NCBI GenBank assembly: GCA_012295275.1
Contig: CM022667.1
Location: forward strand, 15,128,001 to 15,192,000
Direction of reading: 5' to 3'
Length of the DNA stretch: 64,000 nucleotides
Origin: Chrysomallon squamiferum
Taxonomy: Eukaryota > Animalia > Mollusca
The translations under genes and the position numbers were made by a program. The notes beneath the pieces were generated by a model, which saw nothing but the letters and a program-made list of their open reading frames with translations, searched no databases and was not told where the DNA came from. Positions 1 through 12,559 of the stretch are shown one piece after another (position 1 is the first letter of the stretch; each line of letters starts with the position of its first letter).

Positions 1-1285
1 TATTCTGTTATTGTTTGCAAATATTTCCTGAAAGGATCATTTCATTTATGAAAGTAAATAAATAATATTTTTTTCAAAAAGTAGAAAATAAGTAGGGAAA
101 TAAATGAACAAATAAACAAATCGCAATATGTTAAAATAATTTTTTTAAAAGTAATTATAAAATTTTATTTTAATATTAATGATAGTGTATTTAATATAAA
201 ACTATATTTTTATTAATAAATACATAATAAATCTATTAAAATTGTATTTAAAAGCTGATTAATAAAATATTTTTAATACATATTTCTTAACTTTGAATTC
301 TCTTTATGTTTATTTTTGGCAAATTATCACTGCTGTGTCACAAGAAGTGATATTATTATGTTATGTGTTATATAATTCAACTTTACTCATCAACAAGTTT
401 TTATTTGCCATAACAACCATAATTGTGCCAGTCTACTAATATAATCATTGTAACTAATGCTTAGGAAAATGTCTAGTTTCAGCCTAAAATGATTGCAGTA
501 TAAATAACACAAGTTGAAATATAACAGGAATATGCACAGATAATTTGAATTAAGTCAATAAAATGAAAATGTCGGGCAATAATAAAGTTTTACTAGTATT
601 AACACCGAAAAATTTAACAACTAATAAAATTTCAACAGTGAAATTTAATTGTATTTAAGATGCAGATCTATAAAGAAAGTTTTTTGGGGTCATCTGGAAA
701 CTGATAACTCCTGTTTTATTGCTGTAAGACTAAAAACAAACTAATGTCCAACTGATCCTTGTGGAAAGATAATGTTTTAATTCCAAGATCTATTCTTTCA
801 GCTGCTGAGACATTCTTCCCATATACTAGCAGTTTGCAATATTCATCTGTGATGGTCAGTCTTTATAATAATTTAGGCAGACCTATTGTTCTTATAATAT
901 TGAATGGTTAAACTAGAATATTTTGAAAATAATGGTGTGTTCTATTAGATTAAAATTTAAAAAATCAGTCAATACTGACAAACATTATGTCTGACAGGAT
1001 AAAAGATGCTGGCAGATATTCTTTTAATCATTTAATCATGCCACTGTTTATGACTGTTTTGTCCCAAATTACTTCATATGTTCTTTGTGGACACCAGTCT
1101 ATAACAGTTTCTTTTGTAGAACTATTTCAGAGACCACTAAATATATTTATCCTCAACTCTTTTTTTTAAAGAACCTATATAAATGGTCAAAAATATTGCT
1201 GATAATATCACTTCAGACATTATAGCAGTGTTTAAAATATTCATAATTTTTATTGAAATTATATGAACTCATAAATACATTTATT

Positions 1286-1351
<66 letters not shown>

Positions 1352-1354
1352 TAA

Positions 1355-1385
<31 letters not shown>

Positions 1386-2246
1386 CTGAAAAGAATAAAA
1401 ACATTAATCCGAGGTGATAAAATACTTTGTTTTAAAAGTTAGAATAATGCATACACATTCAGATTATTTATATAATAAAATATGACATATAAGTCAACCG
1501 CGTAATTTTATTTATATACTTTATATATTTCTTGTGATAAAACTTTTGTAACTTATATTTGCTGTTGTTTCAGGAAATATGTATATATGAATATGTGTTG
1601 TTATGTTTATGCAGATTTTATTGAACTGAAAATGCTCTCCTGTATTTGAAAACAAAGCAATATTATTTTACAAAAATAGTGCAATTAGGAGATTTCATTT
1701 AATTTTTAATTACTTGATAGAAAATAACAATAGACTTAGAATTTACTGTACAAAATTTAAAAATTTCAATGGGTTCTTTTACCTTATTTGATTATTCATC
1801 CTGAACTTTTATATAATAATAAAACATACTGCCATCTCACATTAAATGTAAGTATTGGGATATAAATATATACTGGTATATAATAATTATCTCCTAACAC
1901 ATATATATTTTCAAGATATAATAATAAAGCTTTACCAATGTCTTTTCCAGATGCATAAAAATACTGAATTGGAAAAAAAAAAGGGCCAGTAATCTCAAAT
2001 TATTCCGTAAAAAGTCTGAATCATAAAGAAACAGACCATAATAAGAATTTTATATATATATATATGTATACTTCAAACATACATCAGTCAACTAGTTCAT
2101 TATAATCTTTGATAAATTAAAATATTAGTTTATTATATCAATCTGCTGTACTGAAAAACTAGTTAATACTTTAATTCACTGAATTTTTATTCATGGTTTT
2201 GAACTCATAAAGCAGTTTCTCTTCAAGACACTGTTCCCTATTCATC

Positions 2247-2354
2247 CTGGAAAAAAAAACAAAAAAAACAAAAACTAAAGTGAAGTGATAGTATTTTGCA
2301 GTGTATAAATCAGTCCAGCTGTAACACAAATTTAATCAAAGTAATCCAACTTAC
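2247..2354 (-). other. Canonical-looking 108-nt minus-strand intron inside the SLC6 upstream intron
   Basis: Minus strand reads ACA|GTAAGT ... tttttgttttttttgtttttttttccag|GATGAATAG. Confidence 0.4.
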
Positions 2355-3075
2355 TGTGTACCAGCAGTCTGCACACATGCTACTTTCAGCATAAAACATC
2401 AGATCATAGTTGACATGTTGAAACATTAAACATCATTTCCCTTAATGGATTAGCTAAATGGATATATGTTTGAAGTAAACAAATATAAACGTCCATTTTG
2501 ATATGAATCAGTATTTTTTTGCACTATATTTTAAGACAGTTGGTATTATTAACTGTTGTTCTTCCTGGATATCATACAGGAGAGTATTTTGTGTGCATCT
2601 GAATGAAGATGTTCTGAATGATGTATCATAATGTTCATAATAATGTCTGTTAATGTTCTTGATCTCTTGGTGTATGGTGAAAAGGACATTCTCTTTATTT
2701 AAAAGTGTTCTTGTTTATTAATTATATTTAAAAATAACAGGACAGTTCAATTTCTTTAATAACTGAACACATTTTATTTTTTTGATACAGTATTGAATGA
2801 CTTGATTTAACCATCAAAAAATAAATAAATAAAGAAAGAAAGAAAGAAAGAAAGAAGAAAAGAAAAGAAATAGAAAAATAATTAAAGAAATAAAGAAAAC
2901 CCAAATGCAGATATAATTTGAAAATAATCATCTGCATTATTTATTTAAATTATTAATTAATTAAAACTTTTACTAGCTTGACACGTTTATAATTTCCTAT
3001 TTTTAAAAAAAATAAATAAATAAATTTATTTACAAGACTTATCCTTTTTAGCATACACCACAAACATTTCATAGC

Positions 3076-3108
<33 letters not shown>

Positions 3109-3265
3109 AATACTTAAAAGAAAGAAGAAAAAAATTAGATAACAATAATATAAAAAAATAATTTATTATTAATTAAAACAAATAAACAATTGGAGCAAAT
3201 GAATGCAAACCTCTGAAAAAGTCTAAGGAAATATTTTCTAAAATTTTTCTGCTACTATTATTCAG

Positions 3266-3378
3266 GACCTGGGTTAGGATTTGTTGCATACCCTGAAGCA
3301 CTCTCTGGACTCCCAATTCCACAGCTGTGGTCATTCATCTTCTTTGTGATGCTTCTTACAGTCGGGCTGGACTCACAG
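3266..3378 (+). CDS. SLC6: SLC6 exon (EL4-TM8), 113 bp
   Basis: ttcag|GA...CAG|gtaaaa; encodes [38 protein letters not shown]. Confidence 0.96.
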
Positions 3379-3690
3379 GTAAAAAAATCTCTATTTAATA
3401 TTTCACACTGCATTTTAATGTTAATGCTTTCAGATCTATGAAAGTATTTTTCTCTTTGTACAATGGCATTATGGGCCAATAATTTATTACCATTTGGCAG
3501 AATGAATCTGTTACATGGAGCTAATTGTTAAATTTAAAATGAATGAATGAATAGATTTTAAGTTTAATCATGTAGTATAAATTAAATGGTTTTTACATTT
3601 TAAGCATATATTTTTTGTAATGGTGATCTGAGAAACATATTTTTCTACCACTACTGCATGAGCTTCTATAGTCAATTAAAACCAAATGGA

Positions 3691-3727
<37 letters not shown>

Positions 3728-5538
3728 TCTTAATATTAATTTAAACTATAATATTTGTAATTTATAATTCTTGCATTTTCTTTGTATTATAGGTTTCTGT
3801 TTATGGTATAGAGACCTTACTAAATTAATCATCATTATTGGAAATTGCATATTCCACAAAGATGGGTCATACATATAAATCAAGAAGTAAAACAATTAAA
3901 AAATACCAAAAATAAATATTCTGAATTTGTGGTAATTAGTAATTGTTTTCTTTTTCTGTTAAATGTTATCATATTAATTTTTGTCTGAATTTGTGATGGG
4001 TTTTTCAATTTAATTATTATTATCATTTTTTAAAATAATTATTCTGTTGATTTCAGTTTGTTAACATTGAGATTGTGCTGACAGGAATAGTGGATTTGTT
4101 TCCAAGACTGCTCCGATTCAGAACTTTGCTAACAGCAGGCCTGTGTGTGTTTTGCTTTATTGTCGGACTTCCATATTGTGCCAATGTAAGTAAAAGATGT
4201 TAAATGTTATTATACATAAAGATAGATGTTTTTAGTATTCACTCAGTCAACTCAGCATATCTCTTCAATGTTTGCAATTTAGATAGCTAAATCAGATGGT
4301 CTCTTATAGTACTGTTGTATTATTTTATATATGGTTTTCTTTTACCATTTGTTACAGGGTGGTATCTACGTGTTCCAGTTGGCTGATTGGTATGTGGCTG
4401 CACTGATTCTTATCATCAGCATCATGGAATGCATAATTGTGGCATGGATATATGGTGAGACACAACACTTTCTTGTAAACTTTCTTCAGAATTTATTTCA
4501 GATTCAGGTTACTTCTAGGATGTAAGTATTCACAACAACATAATAGAAACAAAACATGCATACAGAGATATACAGTATAAACACATAACACTCATATTTA
4601 TTTGTTTATTTATTTATGGCGGGGAAGTTACTTTTTTTATCTAGAAGAGTTTTTTTTTCCTTCTTTTGGAGATGGTTATGCTATAGATTACTTCCATGTT
4701 TATCTTTTTTCTAATTATACTGACATTACACCTTTTTTTTAATATATAATAATAGTATAAATGAGTGATATACTCAAGCCATTGAACTTGTAAAAGGCAT
4801 TTAAAATATTCTGTACTTTTTTGGGATCTCATTTAAAAAATTTCTTCTAAAGGATTCAAACGCTTGGATGCTGATCTGGAACTGATGATAGGAAGAAAGG
4901 TTCCTGTTGTTTTCAAAATCATGCTGACCTACATCACTCCCTTGGTTTTCTCGGTAAAATGTTTTTGTTGTTTTTGTTTGTTCCTCTAAAATTCTAAATC
5001 ATTAAAAACTGATATTAAGAGTATTAAATGGATAATTTAAACAAATATAAAGTGAAAAAATAAAAGTGAACAAAAAAAATGGTATAGCTTTTATTTGTTT
5101 TATTTATTGATTTTTTGTATATATTTTTTTTTTTTTTTTTGTTATTTGATAATTGTTAATTAAACAGAAATAATAGTTTCTTTACTTTTTTGTGTATTTT
5201 TTCTGCTTTTTGATTTTAACACTGTTTCTTTACTTCAGGTTGCTATAGTGATCACTCTAGCACAGTACACATTGCCAACCTATGGTAAATACAAATATCC
5301 CCACTACAGTGCTATCATTGGCTGGGTCTATGCTTTGATCCCCATACTTCCAATACCAGTATTCATGATCTGGGAACTCAGCAGAGCAAAAGGTTCTTTG
5401 AAACAGGTTAGTCACATTTCCCAACTTAGTAAATATATTAACATAATGCTGTGTCTCATTTTGAAATTAATATTATTATTTTTTTTTTAGCTTGTTAGTC
5501 AGGAAACAGTACTGGGACTGAAAATACTTTTATTACAT

Positions 5539-5573
<35 letters not shown>

Positions 5574-6046
5574 TATATTACTATTTTCAAAATTAAACCT
5601 GATTTAAATGATGAAATTTATCAGATATTAATACAATAGTTGTAATGTTATAATATTATATGTATTAATTAATAACAGCATTCTTGAATAACTATTTATA
5701 ATCATTTAATGAATTTTTAATGTTCAAGATCTAAATAGTGTAATGCAATTCATAGATCAACTATTATTTGTAATTAAAATCTTATTTTTAACAATGTGCT
5801 AAACAAATTTCATGACAATAACATTTTAATATTATTTCTTTAATGGAAGTTACACTGAAAGGCCACTGACAATAGTATTAAATAAATACTGTTAAAACAA
5901 TTACGTTATTTTTAATTCAGCGTATTCTCAAGACCATCACTCCCTCAGATCACTGGGTTCCAAACAAGAAGTCTTGTCAGGCAAAGTACATAGAAAAAGA
6001 GCACAGCACTTTTAAAGAAAACATCTGCCATTTGTGCATCCGATAA
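3266..6046 (+). CDS. SLC6: SLC6 / sodium:neurotransmitter symporter (Na+/Cl--dependent GABA/taurine/glycine transporter-like), last six coding exons; 5' exons lie upstream of the window
   Basis: Splicing 3266-3378, 4057-4185, 4358-4454, 4853-4953, 5239-5406 and 5921-6046 (all GT-AG, phases compatible) gives a stop-free C-terminal half: [54 protein letters not shown]...[12 protein letters not shown]...AWIYG...YGKYKYP...IGW...[12 protein letters not shown]...CIR*. The GPGLxFxxYPEA and GLDSQF motifs are SLC6 hallmarks. The subfamily cannot be resolved without the 5' half. Confidence 0.96.
4057..4185 (+). CDS. SLC6: SLC6 exon (TM8 end-TM9), 129 bp
   Basis: tttcag|TTT...AAT|gtaagt; encodes [43 protein letters not shown]. 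Confidence 0.95.
4358..4454 (+). CDS. SLC6: SLC6 exon (TM10), 97 bp
   Basis: ttacag|GGT...TATG|gtgaga; encodes [32 protein letters not shown](G). Confidence 0.95.
4853..4953 (+). CDS. SLC6: SLC6 exon (IL5-TM11), 101 bp
   Basis: ttcttctaaag|GA...TCG|gtaaaa; encodes (G)[33 protein letters not shown]. Confidence 0.93.
5239..5406 (+). CDS. SLC6: SLC6 exon (TM11 end-TM12), 168 bp
   Basis: cttcag|GTT...CAG|gttagt; encodes [56 protein letters not shown]. Confidence 0.95.
5921..6046 (+). CDS. SLC6: SLC6 terminal coding exon
   Basis: tttaattcag|CGT; encodes [41 protein letters not shown] then TAA at 6044-6046. The Rxxxx(I/L)xP...WxP pattern is typical of SLC6 C-terminal tails. Confidence 0.9.
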   Translation, partial: RILKTITPSDHWVPNKKSCQAKYIEKEHSTFKENICHLCIR

Positions 6047-6285
6047 AACTTTGTGTATGTATGGCTGTATATATGTGTATATTTGAATGAAAGACTGAAA
6101 AAAACACCCAGAAAAAACAAACAAAAAAAACAACTTTATTACTGCTTGAATATAGTAACAGAAGTAAAAAAAAAAAAAAAATGTTCTGCAGTTTGAAAAG
6201 AATATTTGCCTAGGATGCTAGTATATCAGATTTAATAAATAAAAAAAGTGATGCTTGTGTTTGTATGTGCATATGCTTGCATGTG

Positions 6286-6333
<48 letters not shown>

Positions 6334-6616
6334 TGTGTGTGTGTGTGTGTCCATGCATATTTATATGTGTATCAATGTAGCCTTTTTTGTCAGACGGGAT
6401 GTACACATTTGATCTGCTTACATGAAAATCTATGAAACAGCTTGTTGAGTTGAATACATGGATATTTTTGTGGATGGTAGGTTTTAAGAAAAACAAAAGT
6501 AAATAATGGTAAGCTTTAAAAAGATACATATCTAATTTTAGTATGACTTTAACAATCAGGTCTTTTGACACGAACTCAGCTTTAATACAAATCTATCTCA
6601 GAAATGTTTTTATATA

Positions 6617-6686
<70 letters not shown>

Positions 6687-7805
6687 TATATTAGCATTGT
6701 TTTAAAATGACTGTATTAATTTGATTGTAATTATTACTATCAGTTAGAGACAGGAAATTACTGATAGCTTTATGATTTACACATGCTTGTAGATAAGCAT
6801 CACATGGGAACAGATGTTTGTGTGTGTGTGTGTCTGTGTGAGTATGTGTGTGTGTGTGTCTGTATTTGTGTACATGCAGACTTGTCTTTATTTAGGAATA
6901 TGGCAAAGCAGTTTGTGTGTGATTTATTAAAATTACACCTTTTTTTATTTACATAGTTTCATTATACATATTCATGAAATTATATTCATGCATGTTTCAT
7001 AGTATTTGTTTTGTAATGTTTTTAATATATATTTTATAAAATAATTCAGTAAACATTTTTTATGCTTTTAAAATTAAAATAGGATAAATGATAAAGGATA
7101 ATAATTTATAAATTTTTGACTATCATATTAAAATAAAATAATTACAATAAGCATGGAACTTACAGACTTAATTAAACTGTTATGTAGGTGTTTGAAATTT
7201 AATTTTTAAGAAAAGTATATATCATACTATATTATTTGAAAAAATATATATGATACCATTTATTATACAATACATATCTATACACATGCATTTTAAATTA
7301 TAAAATAAATTTCTTAGAATTTTCAATTTCAGATTAATTGTTCCTTCAATAAATGAAATTAGAAAATTAATTATATTACTTGAAAAGAAACTAAATATAA
7401 ACATTGTCTTATGTACAGTAATGCTTTTTGTTTAACATTGATAATCTTGCATACTGAAAGTAATTAATGCATCCACTCCTATACCATGAAATTTCCTGTT
7501 GGATGCCAAAATGTTGCTTCATTACTTTGGAAATAATGGAAAAAAGAAACGTATATTTACACCACTGAATGGTATTAATTGATTTTTGACTGAAAGTATT
7601 TTAAAAGACTCAATGATATGGTTTTTATTTTTTAATCTTTCACTTTTCTTATTGTATTGAGATTAATATATAGTTAATGGATTGTGCTCAATTTTACTAT
7701 TTCAAATTAATTTTATGAAGTATATGAAACTTCACCACACACTGCATTTTGTAAATAGAAGATAAGAAGTGTCACTTGAAATTAAAAAAATAATTATAAA
7801 AAAAC
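6047..7805 (+). other. Probable SLC6 3' UTR (end uncertain)
   Basis: Follows the stop codon, is AT-rich and CpG-depleted; candidate poly(A) signals are AATAAA ~7132 and ATTAAA ~7781. Confidence 0.35.
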
Positions 7806-7909
7806 TTGGAGTGTTTTGTCTTTGATTTAATTATATTATTTAGAAACAGGTTAAGACAGGTTAATTGTTTATTTATTTATTTATTTACACACATATTTTC
7901 TTTCACTTT

Positions 7910-8011
<102 letters not shown>

Positions 8012-8230
8012 GTCTGTCTGTCGTGTAATCGCTGTTTCCATGGTTCTCAGTCAATAATTTTCTCCCAGTAATAAGTTATTACTGACTGTGTGCAATATAA
8101 CCTTAATAAATAGCATTTAGCCACTTGAACTTTTTGTTCTAGTAAAATTACATTTACAGTTAAAACAGAGGGAGAGCAAGAGAAAGGATTTATTGTGAAC
8201 TTTTATAATGATTCTACTTAATACACTTAC

Positions 8231-8420
8231 CTGCCTTTATTCACAAATATGCAGCATGTGCGGCTGCAGTGTTGTACTCAGTGTTCTGAATTTCAAAATG
8301 AATGCATCGAGGACTGCAGACTTCACTGTAACTCAGCAACTTCATAATGCATACACGACGGGATGAGAGGGTACAATCAGTTAATTAAGTAACAATTTTA
8401 TACCCGTGATGTGGGCGTTT
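8231..8420 (-). promoter_or_regulatory. Putative minus-strand TATA promoter and first exon
   Basis: Minus strand has a GC-box-like ACGCCCAC (8418-8411), GGGTATAAAA (TATA at 8402-8396), a TA initiator 30 nt downstream (~8372) and a perfect CAG|GTAAGT donor at 8231/8230; it coincides with the onset of CpG-rich sequence. Confidence 0.45.
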
Positions 8421-9016
8421 CTGTTCAGCTGTGAAACTGGTCCATAATCAGTCCCTTATTATTACTAACTATTACTTTGCTTCTAAAAGTATCCATAAAT
8501 AAAATATTAAATAAAAATCGTATTGCCAGACGACATCATAATGTTCATTTGTTCAATTGTTGATGTTTTTGTTTTGTTGACGTCATAAATCGTACTCCAT
8601 CTTCCACCCTGACAACAAAATCAGTGTAAAAACACGTCCAATGTTAGTTCTTAATATTGTAGGGATTTATTTTATTTTATTTTATTTTATCAGTATCTAT
8701 TGGCACACACACTGTTGTTTATACAAAGGTATGAGCTGGATGTCAAACATTCAGCTGTTTAATCGTAATTGGCCGACAGAAATGAGGTAACAACAACAAC
8801 AACAGTAATAGCAATATTAATAATATTAAGTTTAGAAGTTAACAAAACTGAAACTAATATATATCCAAATTCATTTCTCTCCTCTCAGTCTGTTGTTTTT
8901 CTCTGTCGTAAACACGTACTCACACACAAAAAATTGTATTATTTTCATACAGTTTAAATATATATATAAATTTGTTTGTTTTATTTTCTTATTTTTATTA
9001 ATTTACTTTATTATTA

Positions 9017-9048
<32 letters not shown>

Positions 9049-9554
9049 TTAAATTTTATTTTTAATTTTTTTTTTTCATACTAGTACTACTACTACTTTT
9101 CATGCTGCTTTTATCAGTAAATGAATAAAACAAAACAGAATTTATCAACATTAATAATACAACTTTCCTCACCCTCATTTTTCTTCATCATTTATAAAAG
9201 ATGGATTGCTCATGGGAGGTTACTCTGACAGCCTTGTTAGACGCAGACGACAACTTTTAAGAATGTAAACTATCGAATGTAGTTTTCGTATTTCAAAGAT
9301 TAAGAATCCAGGAAATACATTTTCTTTACCGTTTCACATCAAGCTGCGTATTAGCACCGTGGTTTTAAATAATTAATGTATTGACTGTCATTTTGTTTGT
9401 TTTTCAAGAATAAAAATGAAAATTACGATAATACCTCTGTCTCTCAATCATACATAAACACAAATACACTTTTTATGTCTGTTTATTCAATTGCATATCT
9501 TCATTTCTTTTTTTTTTTTTTTTTTCTTTTTTCTTTATTTATATGTATATATAT

Positions 9555-9808
9555 ATATTATAATTCTTTTTTTTTTTTTTCAAAGTTGTATGTGTTTGGT
9601 TAGTTGTTTGTTTTATTATTTTGTTCTCTTTTCTCCTCTTTTAATAATCATCTTACGTGTTACCTGTGTAGAAATATATATATATATATATATCATATAT
9701 TATTATTATAATTCTTTTTTTTTTTCAGAGTTGTATGTGTTTTGTTAATTGTTTTCTCGTTCCTCCTCTTTTAATAATCCTCTTACTTGTTACCTGTGTA
9801 GAAATATA
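9555..9808. repeat. Two-copy tandem duplication (~130-145 bp unit)
   Basis: tattataattcttttttttt..ca(a/g)agttgtatgtgttt...ctcttttaataatc(a/c)tcttac(g/t)tgttacctgtgtagaaatata occurs twice. Confidence 0.85.
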
Positions 9809-10328
9809 ATAAATATTTACATACATCTTTTTGCTGTTTTGTCTTCCACAATCCTTTATGCGCAAAACATTTCTAACCCAGAAATCCGAAACATCATTCT
9901 CCCAAGGGATTTCAATACAACAAAAGAAAATTAATTACACTGAGCCCTGTTAATCACTACGCGATGTACATACATAAACTTACAAAAACCACCGGCAAAA
10001 ACCAGTCAATTAGTGCGTCATTAGTACTACAACTCTCATGTCGATAATTATACGGTAGAAAAATCTCCTGGCTTCATTAAACATGTTTGTATACGTTCGT
10101 ACGTCGATCCGTAATAAAAGCTAGGCTTTTTTTTGCTTCCGCCAAGCTTAATGTTTTTCTGGAAAAAAAAAAAAAAAAGAAAGAAATAGAAAGTGCCATG
10201 GGATCGGAACATCCAATGCTATTATTCAAGGATAATGTATAATTTTCTTTCAGTTTATTTATTGTGTATGTTCTGTAAAATCGATATACTAAAACCGCAT
10301 ATGTCTTTTCTTTTTTCTTTTTTTTTTG

Positions 10329-10359
<31 letters not shown>

Positions 10360-11777
10360 CATTTTTTGGTTTCAAGTGGGTTTCCGTTGTTGGTGTTTTA
10401 TATTTTATTTTGTCTGATGTTTGATGGATTGGTCATGCTTTATATGTAGGTTCCAATGGAGGGGCGGAAATTGCGTGAGCATACGCCATCCTGTGTGGTT
10501 TTTTTTGGTATTTTTTTTTTCTTTATCCTGAAATTCATAAATTTGTATACTCACAATAGTATTCTCCCGATTCTTTTTTATTTTTTTATTTTTTTATTTT
10601 TTCCTCTAAAATTGTGATATTTTAATTATGTTTTCCATTAACCCCTGCCTTTACTGATAATACAAAATGAAAATAATAATTGTAGAAAACCCTTAATTTA
10701 AATTTTCATATTTCTTTCAGCGTATCTCGTAGTAAGGCGAAATGGAAACATTCTCTCGTCATCTCAGGCTTACTCTTTTATAGCCATTCTTTATTGTGCC
10801 CTGGAGTTTATACTTACTGGAATATATATAATGTGTATTTCAACAAGTTGTTCGTACCAGCATCAAAGCAATTTGTCTGATGCACTAGGGTACTAATCAG
10901 CAGCAAGTTTTATTTTAAGTTTCAACACATTTTTCTGTATTTCTGAGAACAAACCAATCAAAGAAAACTAACAGAAACAGGAAATAACCTAATAAGTTTG
11001 TTGACGCGAATCGATCCAGAAGTCCTCAGCACTTGGAGCAAACATTACACCATTAAGACACATCTCGATTTGTGGCCAGACATGTAATCAGACAATGCAA
11101 TTTTGTTTTGTTTCTTTTTCCTCTGCCCACCAGCTTGCTAGCTGAAGGGTATAATGGTTTACCGTCTTCACCAAGTAATACTTTTAGCAATTACACACTC
11201 AAGTGTTTTCTTAAATCCATCTTATCGCCAGTCCATGATTATCTAATGACTAACAGTGGTCTGAAGCAATGTAAACAGAGGTCTAACAATCATTTCATTG
11301 CCTCTGGCAAACCTTTCACTTCCTACAATCAATACGCAGAAACGAACTCTGGAAGAAACATGGACGTGTCCTTAATAGAAGTGAGAATGAGTTTCAAAAG
11401 AAAGAGAAATGAGCTTTAGAAAGAATTTGAGAAATAAAAAACTAAAATAAGATTATGTTAGTTTTGTGCAATTTTAAAACCTTAGCCTTTTTCTGTTTCT
11501 CTCCTATTTTTTTATCATAGCACATGTCATTTGAATTTATGTGCAATTTCCAGTGAAAGAAAAAGAGAGAGAGAAAAAAATACAGCCTTCAGCGAGTGAA
11601 ATAAAATTAAAATAGCAGAGATATTAGCTTTGGGAGTAAATTAGTCTATGGTGGTTTAAATCAACATGTCAAGAAAGACTTAAAATACATTTTTTTTTAA
11701 AACTTTGTTTTCGACAATCGAATGAAAAAAATAAAAATCACTTGACGGTTCCTTTCAACAGCTGGTTAATATAATTT

Positions 11778-11866
<89 letters not shown>

Positions 11867-12559
11867 TTATTACGTTTTCATCTCTCTCTTTTCCCTTCCT
11901 TACATTTTTCCGTCTTTTTCCTTTCGTTGTGTGTTTCTCTGTTGCCATCTTTTCATTGCATTTTTATAACTAATTATTAATAAAGACTCCTCGCCACAAA
12001 CAAATATCAAACATATTTAGGTCCACAAATGGTAATTCACTTGCACTGGATGACAAAATTATTCCCCAGTGGATCTGCTGTTTTAAACGTGTTTCAGTTA
12101 AGAAACCGATAGGGTTTGTTAATGAGTTTTAGATGCGGTCTACGGTTATGGCAGAAACATAACCAAAAGAATATCATATAACACTTCCGGTTTTGTTAAA
12201 GGACTCCGAAATTCACATCAGAATCATCAGGGATATAGCCGGCTGCAAATGACAAACTAATTATAGAATCGGAAATTCTTGACACATCGGTATTTCCATA
12301 TTTAGATTTCTTGTAATTGTTAAAGGCTAAACAAGCATTGTCCCTACTCTTGGCGAAAAATAAAGCTTAATGGATGGCCTCATATATTTTTAAGTGCGTG
12401 TGTACACACACACACACACATACATTCATGAAACATAAACTGTCAAATGTGTTGTTAAGTAGAAAGCGAAAAGCATACGAAGGTTTAAGATTACAGAGCA
12501 TACTAATTAGTTAACATGATTATAACACTTACCATGCATTTTGTACGTATTACTTTTCC

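Noticed and set aside
960-1180. Protein-looking minus-strand frame (ELRINIFSGL*NSSTKETVIDWCPQRTYEVIWDK...)
   Set aside because: Interrupted by stops and no recognisable family; at most a decayed repeat
2508-2713. ~68-codon stop-free minus-strand frame
   Set aside because: No start codon, no splice sites and no recognisable motif; such lengths occur by chance
3540-3890. Possible heavily decayed SINE in an SLC6 intron (a similar tail-like stretch is at 27790-27880)
   Set aside because: The resemblance rests on memory of mollusc repeats; no A/B boxes can be demonstrated
11746-11767. miR-133-like string ACGGTTCCTTTCAACAGCTGGT
   Set aside because: The seed is not conserved, there is an indel, and no complementary arm for a hairpin
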